Source of the DNA: Chiloscyllium plagiosum
Lineage: Eukaryota
DNA: 64,000 nucleotides
Direction of reading: 5' to 3'
Assembly (NCBI RefSeq): GCF_004010195.1
Contig: NC_057726.1
Coordinates: 69,002,458 to 69,066,457, forward strand
A program made the position numbers and the translations under genes. Positions 39,324 through 51,300 of this stretch are shown piece by piece. The notes beneath the pieces were generated by a model. The model was not told the DNA's origin and ran no database searches. It worked only from the letters and a program-made list of their open reading frames with translations. Every line of letters starts with the position of its first letter. Within the stretch, counting starts at the first letter, position 1.

Positions 39324-42300
39324 GTATTGTCTGAAAAAAGTCAATTTTTAAAACGGTCTTTATATTTATTCCTGCTCGACTGTACCATTCGACGTATTAG
39401 AAGTCTTCAAGTCATATCTGAATGTTGAATTAATAGAATGCATTATTTTTTTCTCTCTCTTTCTTTGAAAGCTTTTTGCTATTCCTATTTCCGGGTGTCA
39501 CAGGCGCCCCAACACATTATTCAGAATTTCGGTGCAAGTGTAACAGTTACTTGTGCGTTCAACATTCCGCCTGATGATTCCGAGGTCGATGTCTTGTGGT
39601 GGAAATTGGGCGATAATACATTTCTGCATCCGACCTCCGACGCTAGGAAACGGTATTTTAAGAGAAAGGGTCAGGGCACCTTACAGCTGCTTGACGTCCG
39701 TCTTGAAGATGCTGGAGTTTATTACTGTGGAGTCAGTCAGAATAGAGCGGCGATCAGCAACGGGACTGGAACGAGACTTGTTGTCCACAGTAAGTGTCAC
39801 TGTAGGCAAAGGAATTGTTAGAAATCTCGATAAGATTATTTCGCTGATTATTAATATTAAAATACATTCTAAAATTGGTTGAAAACAAAAAAAATTCAAA
39901 ATCACAGCATGTCAAGCAAGACCAAAGCTAAAGTCTGGAACAAAGAACAAAGAATATTACAGCACAGGAACAGGCCCTTCGGCCCTCCAAGCCTGCTCCA
40001 ATCCAGATCCTCTATCTAAACCTGTAGCCTAATTTTCAAGAGTCTGTATCTCTCTGCTCCGTGCCCATTCATTCCCTGTCCATCTAGATACATCTTAAAG
40101 GAAACTATCATGCCCACCTCTACCACCTCCACTGGCAACACGTTCCAGGCCCCCACCACCCTCTGTGGAAAAAACTTTCCGCCAGTTCTGCTGAAAAGTT
40201 TCCACTCTCACCTTGAACTCGTGACCCTAGGAATTGAGTCACTCACTCTGTGAAAAAGCTTCTTGCTATCCATCCTGTCTATACCTCTTATGATTTTGTC
40301 GACCTAAATCAGGTCTCCCCTCAACCACCATCTTTCGAATGAAAATCTATTCAATCCTTCTAATCTATTCAACTTCTCTCTTCATAGCTAGCCCCTCCAT
40401 ACCAGGCAACATCCAGGTGAACCTCTTCTGTACCCTCTCCAAAGCATCCAACGCCTTTTGATAACGTGCCAATCATAACTGTACGCAGTTTTCCAAATGT
40501 GGCTGAACCAAAGTCTTACACAACTGTAACTGTAGTGTGCCAGTTCTTATAATACCCCTTCGGATGAAAGAAAGATTGCCATATGCCTTCTTGACCACTC
40601 TATCTGCAGATGCTGGAACCTTCAGGATACAATGGACAAAAACACCCAGATCTCTCTGGACATCAATTTTCCCCAGGGCTTTACCATTTACCATAAAGTT
40701 CACTCGAAAACTGGATCTTCCAAAATACATCACCTCGCATGGATTGCACTCCCAGTGGTTCCTACAGACTGATGGATGCTCGACATAAACCTATGAGTAT
40801 AACTATTCCACCTAAACAGCATATTCCTGTGTGCTGCAGGGCAACTTAACATGGCCAATCCACTTAAGCTGCACATTTTTGGGTTTGTGAGAGGAAACTG
40901 TAGCATCCAGAGGAAACCCGTACAGACACAGGGAGAATGCACAAACTCCATACAGAGGCTGGAATTGAATCCTGGTCCCGGCTGCTGTGAAGCAGCTGTG
41001 CTAACCACCTTGAAGCCAAATGAATTGCATAAAACTTCTGCACTGAACAGAACAATTGCCTGAGCACAAAGTGACACTTGTGTAACTCTTATTTTTCCAA
41101 ATTAATTAAACAGAAATACTCAGTATTATTTGTTGGTTATGAGAGGTAATGATGTTCCAAATTGATGGCGTTGAACAATGTTATTCTTAATCCCATTACA
41201 GGTCCACCATCTACCCCGACGATACTTTCCAAAATGCCTGATGGAAGTTCAGACATCGATCTACACCTCGTGTGTGAAACAGTTGACTTTTACCCAGAGG
41301 GGATTACATTCAACTGGTACAAAAATTCAAGCAAGATAGCCACCGGGATAAAATCTACAGAGTACTTGACCGATGCGGGGCTATACCGAGCTTCCAGTAC
41401 GCTACAGGAATCACAGCCAGTCCAGAAAGACAACGCTTATATTTGTTTGGTATCTCACAGCACCCTCCAAAGTCCGAAATTATCTGTTTATTTGGAGTCT
41501 AGATCTAATTCAGGTAGGAAACCAATGGCTGGATTCTCATATATAAATATCCAATAATATTACAACTGAAGTCACATAGGAATAAAGCTAGAGCACCAAA
41601 TTTTACTTAGGTAGTAATTGGATACCACATATTCCGGTACTGAACAGGCGCATGCAAACTGGGTAAATATCACAGGAACAGGCCATTCAGCCAACCAGTC
41701 TGTGCAGATCATGGTGTCATTCTAAACTAATCCCATCTGCCTCACATGGTTTGGATTTCTCTATTCCCTGTCTGTTCATGGTCTGTCTAAATGCCTCTTA
41801 AACATTGTTGTCATTGTTGACTTCTCCACCTCCTCATGCTGCCTGGATTGCTGTATTCTTCCAGCATCTGCAGCTTTTTGTCTCTTCCACCTAACCTGGC
41901 AGAATGTTCCAGGCACTCTCTGTGAAATATTTTCCTCACACAGGTCTTTTAAATGTTGCCCTCTCACCTTAAACTTATTCACCCTAATATTTGACATTTC
42001 CACCCGTGGGGAAAAAAGACTCTGACTATCCACCTGTCGCCTCTTAGTGTCCTACGCTTGAGTGAATACAGTTCAAGTTTGTATAACCTCCCCTTGTAGC
42101 TAATACAGTCTAAAAGAGGCAGCATCTTGCTAAACTTCTTTTGCAATCTCTGAAAAGTCTGCTGATCCTTCCCACAGTTCGTCAACTAAAATGGCACGCA
42201 AGACTTCAAATGGAGATTTCAATAAAGTTTTACACACCTCCAAAATGACTTGCCAAGTTATATACTCAAAACCCTGACTGGCTGAACACCTCATTCCTGA

Positions 42301-45300
42301 TGAAGAGCTTACGCTTGAAACATCAACTCTCCTGCTGCACAGATGCTGCCTGACTGGCTGTGCTTTTCCCGTGCCACACTTTTTCACCCTGACTGATTAT
42401 GGGAAGCATGCCATATTGCTTCTTTTGTTGCTACTTTCAGGGAGCAATGGACATTGCATCCCAAGATGCCACTGTATAGCAATGCTCAGAAGGTTCCTGA
42501 CATTTCCTGCATCATTTCCTCTTGTATTTGACCTCTCAAAATGCACACCTCACATTTTTATGGATTAAATTCAATCTGTCACTTCCCTGCTCAACTTTCC
42601 AACTATTCTACATCCTTCTGTATTCTTTGAAAACATCCCTCACTATTCACAATTTTTGTGTCATCAGTGAATTTACTAATCAGACTGCTTACATTTTCAC
42701 CGAACTCATTATTTGTATCACAAATGACAGAGTTCCCAGCAGTGATCCTTCCACAACACTACTGGTCATAGGCATCCAGCCAGTAAAATATTACTGAACA
42801 ACTAACTTTGTCTTCTATGACCAAGCCAATTTTATATTCAACTTAAAAAGTCACTGTGGAGCCCATGTGATTTAATCTTCAATGCTCGAGGAAAGTCAAT
42901 GTACACTACTACAACTGTCCTACCCTCATTAATTACCTTTATCATTACCTTTAAACCCACCAACAAATTTCTGAGATAAAACCTCCCCTGCACAAAGCCA
43001 TGGTGATTATCCCAAACAAGTCTTATTCCCTAATACAGCTCATGCTTTTCTGAATGCAAGTAAGCCCTGACCCTAAAAGTCTTCTTCAGTAATTTCCTGA
43101 CTGGAGATGCAAGGTTCAATAGCTTACAATTTCCTGATAATCCTTGTTGTTCTTTTTATACAAAGGAAGAACATTGGCTTTACTTCAGTCTTATGGACCA
43201 CACCTAAGGCTGAAGAGGATACAAAGACCTCCATCAAGGCAAAACAATCTCCTCCCTTGCCTCCCGTAGTATCTTGGGATAGATCCCATCAGGTGTTGGG
43301 AATTTATCCATCATAATGTTTTCAAGACATCCAACATCTCCTCCGTCTCAATATTGGCATGCCATGCGATATCAACAATCTTACAATTGTCCATGTCTTT
43401 CTCTTCGGTGTATATCAATGCAGAACACTCAGCAGTTGCACTGTGGCTCAGTGGTTAGCACTGTTGCCTCACAGCATCAGGGATCCAGGTTTAATTCCAA
43501 CCTTGGATGACTGTCTGTTTGGAGTTTGTACATTCTCCCTGTGTGTGCGTGCATTTTCTGCCACAGTCCAAAGATGTGCAGATCAGGTGAATTGGCCTTC
43601 TAAATTGCCCATAGCGTTAGGTTCAGAGGAAAATGTGTGTGGGTGAGTGACTCTTTGGAGGGTCTGTGTGGACTTGTTGGGCCAAAGGGCCTGTTTCCAC
43701 ACTGTAGGGAATCTAATCTTAAAAATCTGACTCCTAGCAGAAATCCCTTCCTTCTTTCTTGAGTCGACCTTCCCTTTTCCGAGCTACCCTCCTTGTTCTA
43801 ATATGGTTATAGATTAGGATTCTCTTGATAAGGACATCTCAAGGCCGCTTTTAGAGCTCCTAATTTAGCATTTTCATTCTTTCCTACTTCTTTACTATTC
43901 CTCAAGGGCCCTGGCAGATTGCAGTTTCCTGAACTTTACTTCTGCTTCCTTTTTCTTTTTGACTAAATTTACAATATCTCTTATCATCCAGGGTTCCCAC
44001 ATTTTGTCATCTTTATCTTTCCTTTTCACACGATCATGCTGGTCCTAAGTTCTGATCTAAAATTTGGGTCAAAATCCTGGAATTCCCTCGCTAATGGCAT
44101 TTTGGTCAACCTACAACAGGTGGACTAAAACAGTACAAGAAGGCAACTCACCACCACCTTCTCAAGGCCAACTAAGGATGGGCAATAAATGCTGGCTGGC
44201 CATTATATCCACATTCCACAAAAATGAATAAATAAAAAGAAAAACTGACCTATAAATGGTTCCCATGTACCAGATATGGATTTACCCTCAAATAGTGGCC
44301 CCCAATCTAATTTCTCAACCTCCTGCCTAATGCTGTTGCAATTAACTTCTTCCAATTTCACAATTTCCCCGAAGGACTAGTTTTATCCTTGTTCACAACT
44401 ACCTTTAAACTTATGGAATTATGATCACTGTTCCCATATGTTCCCCCACGCAAACTTTGAACACCTGGCCAGGCTCATTACCAATTCAAACTCTATTGTG
44501 GCCCCTTACCTAGTTGGTATAGCTTCATATTGTTTCATGAAGCCCTTGTAGATGCAATTAAGTTGTTAAATCTTTCCATGACTGGTTTACATATTGGATC
44601 TTCGATCTCCTGTTGGCTATTGGGAATCCTATAGTGTAACTCCATCACTGTGACTGCAACTTCCTTATTCCTGATTTCTACCCTTATGGCTTCACCGGAT
44701 GAGCCTTCCAAATGTTGTCTCTTAGTGCAGTTGTGACATTCTCCTTTGTTAGTAATGTAGATCTCCAACCACTTCTATGTCCCTCTCCATCGTACCTTGT
44801 AACCTGAAATGCTGAGCTGCCAGTCCTGTCCTTTTCTCGACCAAGTCTCTGTATTGGCTATAATATGTAGTTCCATAAGCTCAGACTCTAAGCTTATCTA
44901 CCTTACCTGTTATGAATCTTACATTAAAATATCTACATTTAAGACCACAAGTCCCACCAAGTTTACTAACCTGGTCTTCCCTGTTGTTCCTATTAGACTT
45001 ACTTGACTTAACTTCTGCTTCCTTCTCAATTCCGCCATATGCTGGCCTACTGCCCTAGTTTGCATCCCCTGTCTCACCAGTTTACATTTCCTGAGTGTAC
45101 AAGCGAACCAAGCAAAGATACTTATGTCCCTCCAGTTTAAGTTCAACCCATCATTCTTGTACAAGCCCCTCCTACTCTGGAACCAATCCCAATGATCCAG
45201 GTATCTGAAGATTTCCACCCTACACCTGCTCCTTAATCATGCATCAACTTTACTATCTTCCTATTTCTGGCCTCACGAGCAGGTATCATGTGGAGTCATC

Positions 45301-48300
45301 TTTAGCTGACAACCCAATAAACCCTCCATCTTATCTTCCTATCTTACTCTTTAATTTCTCTTTGCTGCACCTCATTTCACTACCTGTCTTTGGCATGTGT
45401 TCTAGTATGGAACATGATCTCTGGCTGATCACCTTTCCATTTCAAAATGTCCTATGCCCACTCAGAGGCTACTAGGGAGGCAATTCTGCCACTAGGGAGG
45501 CAACACACCATCCTGGAGACTTGCTTGTGGCCACAGAAATGACTCATTTTGCCCTTGACTAAAGAATCCCCTATGACAATCACTTGTACAATGGATCCAA
45601 TTGTGGTGCCATTGATCTGGCTGCTGCTGTTACGTTCCCTGAGAGGTCGTCCTCCAACTCCAAAAAATATCCAAATGGTGCACCTGTTTGAGAGGGGAAT
45701 AACCAGAGGGGGCTCCCTCATTGCCTGCCTGTCCCTTCTGGTATTCATCTGGCTGAACCTCAGCCGTGACCACATCCCTGAAACTCCAGGCTATAACAAA
45801 GCAGGATTGTGCTGCCTGTGGTAATCTGTGCTCTCAAACACTGCATGATAACCATGTCTTTGCAGATGGGGACTGTGTACATCGACAGATACAATCAAAT
45901 GCAATAGGAATTTAAGGCAAAAATGCTTTACTCATAAACTAAATTCATATGTGAATTCATTAGCTCAGGAAATGGTTAAGTGAAGTAGAGAAGTGTTTAA
46001 AACCAAAATAAAAATAGCAAAATGAATAATAATGTACTGAAAAGTTGGGATCTGGTACTTCAAATGGAGTACAAGGACCAATCATCAGATAGAGCAGGTA
46101 GGCCAATTTGAGTTTCAAATACCAAAGGTTGGACCCCGTTTTCTTCATACGTTCGAAATAATCCGATGCAAACTCACAAAAAAGTGATGAGCCTAACCGA
46201 TACGAGCACTCAGACACAAGAGCAGGAGAAGGGAGCAGTTGGAGACAGTCACCATTACCTTAACGAGGAGATGGAAAGGCCTCTGACCTACAGTGGAGCA
46301 GTTCGGTCTGGGAAGTTGTTAACTCCTGCGTGAATCTGATCTGCGAAGGAGTGATTTGGGTTGAAGGTTATAAATTGTAAGCAATTCCCGAGGTGTCCCC
46401 AATTTAAGAAGCATCTGACCTTCGTCTCAGGGTTGGATGCTATAAATCATGAGTGAGGTCAATGACATTTACCTGGGAGTTGGAAAGACACACCGTTCAG
46501 CTGCTATAAACTGGCTAGCAGTGAGTTTGACATCACGCTGTAAAATTAATGAACTGATATGAAACTATATGAGAAGCTGTTCTGAAAATATTATGTCAGG
46601 AAAGCACATAGAGCAGCTAAGCGTAGATTTAATGATGAAATAATATGAAGAAGTGTAAGTCAAGACTAAATTAATAAAGTCATGTGAGAAATCCAAAATA
46701 GTAAAATGTTGGTGTAAGATAATTTTCAGAGAATGCAACTCAGCTCAGTCATGTCGACTCCGTGCCCTGTAATATGTGGGAAATCAGGCACTATCTCCGA
46801 GATGGCACGCTTTTCCCGACTAAATGTACTTCAGGTCAGCTCTGAGGAAGATTAACTATGATTTCTCTCCACACATTCTGCCGGATCTACTGAGCTTTTC
46901 CAGCAATTTCTGTTTTAGTTTGTGCTATTCTTCAGGCTTTCTATTTACAAATTCTTTTCTTCTCAACTTCTGTCCATGACCGCTTATCGATAACTCATTT
47001 TCGGTAAACTCATATTTACATAAACTAATCTTTCTGTAATTGATTCCAACTCTTCGCTGATTTCTGAGCAAGTAAGTTTCTTGAAACTTTCTGAGAATAG
47101 CCTTGAAACTTTTCCACTCATTAGTTACAGACCCAATGGCTAATGGTCGCACAGTGTCCTCAGGTTTGCTTTGACAATTTCTGTTTGTAGTAAGCACCAT
47201 TCCACCTGACACAGGGTACACTTCTATTGAAGATGGGCACGCTTTAAGCTCCATATCTAATCAAGCCTCAGAATCTCTTCCATTTTGAAAGGACTTCTCC
47301 CATTATGTTAAAAGATTAAGACTGTGAAATGCCTGCAGTGTGCTATCCTATTGTAGGAGGAACTGAGGACTGTAGATACTGGAGATCTGAGTCAAAACGT
47401 GTGCGCTGCTGAAGCACAGCCAGTCAGGCAGCATCCGAGGAGCAGGAGAGTCGATGTTTTGGGATAAGCCATTCATCAGGAACCTAGGGTAGGGGCGAGC
47501 AATTTCATGTCAGGGTAAATGATTTCAAAGGCGATATCTAACAGCACAGTTTAACTAAACAAAACATCCACGCTTCAATTCAAAGAAACAAGGCATGACG
47601 TAAAAATGAGGAAAGGTTTAATCGCTTCGATCTGTCTTGTGATATATTTTAATTTCACTCTAGTTTTCATGAGCAGTATCCAATTGCTAACTCTACAGCT
47701 TTCATGCTGACACAAAATGAATCAATTGTTGTATACATCGATAATTATGGATTTATCTCAGAAATCTTCCCAGCTGCCCTCATTAATCTTCTAGGTATCG
47801 ACATTAATTTTGATATTTTGGCGATTGGGTGCACAGTCGGCGGACTCGTCTGTCTAGTGCTGGGGGCGGTCATTGGAAAGCGATGCAAGGCACGTTCATG
47901 CAAAGGTAGAGGAGGTCTATGTTTACGCTGTCGGAACATTTTCAATGTGTAAAGAAGAAATGCTATTGTCAGTAGCTCCTAAACTGAGTTTAGATCGGAG
48001 TGGCGCTGGAAAAGCACAGCAGATCAGGCAGCATCCGAGGAGCAGGTAAATCGATGTTTAATATTTCTGATGAAGGGCTTTTTCCAGAAACGTCGATTTT
48101 CCTGCTCCTCGGATGCTGCCTGACCTGCTGTCCTTTTCCAGCACCACTCCGACCTAAACTCTGGTTTCCAGCATCTGCAGTCCTCACTTTTGCCTAGCTC
48201 CTAACTTGAGTACAAAAATTTCATCTTAATTTCATCTTAATCGAGAATAGAAAATTGGGTGACACATTGTACTAACATGAATAAATACTTATAATTTTTT

Positions 48301-51300
48301 TAATGCTATCATCTTTTTCATGTTTATGCTGAAGTATAGCTCCAATTCAGGATCCAAAATTATGAGCGCCTAGTGATTCCAATCCATTATATTTATGTAC
48401 AATAATGAATTAAGACGATATGTTTCATGGAAGTTGGATGTTTCTGTACCTCTCGCTTGGTCTGTAAAAAGAAAGCACACAATAATGTCTTGCAAATTAT
48501 ATTCCCAATGCACAGGGCCAAATCAAGATATGGCTCGACAATGTGAAGAAACGGTAAGTCCAATTATGTTAACACCCTTATAGAAAGTGTATTATTTATT
48601 TTGTATTGTGGAAGCAGTCTGTCATTTTATCGTACTTCCATTTTTATTCTGTTGCACAGGTTTAGGAGTGGGGAAAGAAGAGACATTGACACTAATCCCC
48701 ATTGTTGGTAGATTTATTGAATACTGGAGAAAAAGCAAAATACAGTGGCAGATCTGAATTAAATCAGAAAGTTTTGGAGAAACTGAGCACGTATAGACGC
48801 CACCAGTGGATAGAGAAGCAAGGTTAGCTGAAGACAACATGCCACTTCTTTGTAACTCTTTTGAAGCCTCAAGAGTTCAAAAGAGCTGTAAATGTTAATC
48901 TTGTTGCTGTATCCTGCTGCCAGACCTGTTGAGTTTCTGCTGTACTTTCTGATTGCACATCATCAATTTCAGGAATGACTTTGACTGAAAATTATGTGTA
49001 AAATAGCCAAGACTAAGCAACACACATGCACACAAGCATGACTGAAGTTCTGGAAAACCCTTTATATAAATCATCGAATCCCCACAGTGTAGAAACAGGC
49101 CATTTGGCCCAATAAGTCTCACTGATCCTCTAAGGGACAAACCACCCAGACTCAATCCCCTACTCTAAATTTCATAATCATTATGGTCCATGTTTAAAGA
49201 AAGTACAGTTTGTAATTTTAAGATTGCATTCAAGATCTTACTTCTCTTCCTATCACCTTTCACATAACTGACTTAATCCAGCAGACAAAGTAGCTTATTG
49301 GGCTTCCTGGTATTTACTCTAACTGAAAATTCAATGCCATATGTACTGTCTGGTGAAGATATAGCACAGCAAGTGACAACATTGAAATCTTCAGATTGAA
49401 ATAGTCTAAATCAAACTCCATAGAATATAAATCAAATGCTGTCAAAGAAAAGTCAGATTCCACTGCAGCCTGGAGCTGAACTTTCAGATAATTGTGTAAT
49501 CAATCATATACTGCTTTTATCTTTCATGGTTGTAGGAGTCATTGGTTTAGAACAAGATATGTCAGTGAGTGCAACAGTACTTTTTCAGATGATCTATTGA
49601 CAGTGGTGAGATTGAAGTTTTAAAGTGGTGTATGGGTTAAAAATCAAGCAGACTGCTTCAGAATGCATGGAGCTTATGTGTGTACTTGAGCTGCACATAT
49701 CCACGATGTGGTGAATATCCCTTTATAGTCTCAATTTGTGCTTTTTAAGTAGCAGGCATGTTTGAAGAGGCATGAGGTAAGTAGCTCAGAGCTGGCTATT
49801 TATCAGCTCAGGCCCGAATGTTATTCCAGTATGGACATGGAGTGTTTCAGTACTTCGGCAACATGACTGGTCATGAGCTCTGTGCATTCAGCTGGAACAT
49901 TCCAACTTCTTGGTGGAGTTAAGGTCATAGTTCAAGAAGCTCAAAATAATTCCTCCCATGACTCTAATCTTAGCAACTAATGCCATGATGGCCTGAGACT
50001 AAAATGATTGCTCTCCAGTCATCTTTACTTGTGATGAACGTAATTAACAGATAGCGTGTTCCCTCATTTTGATTCACTTAGTTTTTCCAGATGTCAAATG
50101 TTACCTTGATGTAAATTGCAGTCTTCTCGCCTCACCCCCTCAGTTTGACTGATTTGTCCATCCATGAATGATGAGATCAGTATTTGAGTTGCATTGGCAG
50201 TACTGGGCCATAGTGACAGCTTTTTTGATCGTGTAAGTGTTATTTCATAACACTTTACAATGCTAGACGAATTATGGAGATCAGTCTGACAAACGGTTGA
50301 TTGTTTAAGTTAAATTTGTCCTGATTTCTGTTCACAGAATGTACATTGAAAATGTGGCAGGGGGATGTCTGTATTTTAACTACTCTGAAACAACTGGCTG
50401 ACTGACTTCAGCTAGTTGGGGAATGTATTTTCATTAGAATTATGCATTGCTTTGGCTCAAAAAGACAGGTCACCTGAACATTCTCAAAGCCAACCAAGGG
50501 TGCGAAACAAATACTGATCCAGTGTGTGGCGGCCACATACCACGAGTGAATATACATTTTGAAATGTGAGGGTACATAGCCATTGAGCTAATCAAGAGGC
50601 TACAATGGTCTTACCAGGCCTAAAGAGTTATAATTGCATGTATCAAGCAATCAATGATAAATCAATTCTGGGACCAAAACAATGATACACACAAAGTATT
50701 GAATTTTATCTATAAAACAGTAGAATACAGTAGTAATAATATCAGTTAAACAGGAGATTACTTCTGATAAATTGCATTTTACACATTTCATCAAGGCTAA
50801 GAAATGTGAGGGTAATTAAGCAGTGAAAGTGGCACAGGAAACACAATATATTTCTTTTATTGTATGTCCAAGTTCTGATGAATAGTGGAGAAATTTGGTC
50901 CTTAAAAGAGGTTCTGGAAAGAAATGATTAGAACACTGTGAACATGAAACATTAATTTTAATTAAACTGTGAAAGATGTGTTTTGACATTCACAAAGATG
51001 TTTGGTGATCGCTGCAATGTGATTTTCTTCACCAGAAAAACAAACAAGCTAAAGAAACATCTGACCAGTGTAGAGGTCCTGATGAGGTGATTCAGGTTAG
51101 AAATTTATATTTGTTTCAGAAACAACTGAATACTGCAATAGAAAAACCTAATGTTTTTCTGTATCATACTGGCAAGGAAAATAAAATCACAGGCCTCAAT
51201 TTATGATCAATGAGTTTGAATTAGATGCAGATCATTTGCATGAGATTTCTGCGCGGTTGTCATCATACAAATGCAATGTGGACAAAATTAGAAACAGTAG

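Noticed and set aside
39786-39824. CACAGTA at the end of the V exon as a possible RSS heptamer
   Set aside because: It overlaps the splice donor, lies after the J-like strand, and has no ACAAAAACC-like nonamer at 12- or 23-bp spacing (ggcaaagga / tgttagaaa).
47906-47952. TM read-through giving a short tail without ITIM (GRGGLCLRCRNIFNV*)
   Set aside because: Possible but unsupported; I saw no adjacent poly(A) signal.
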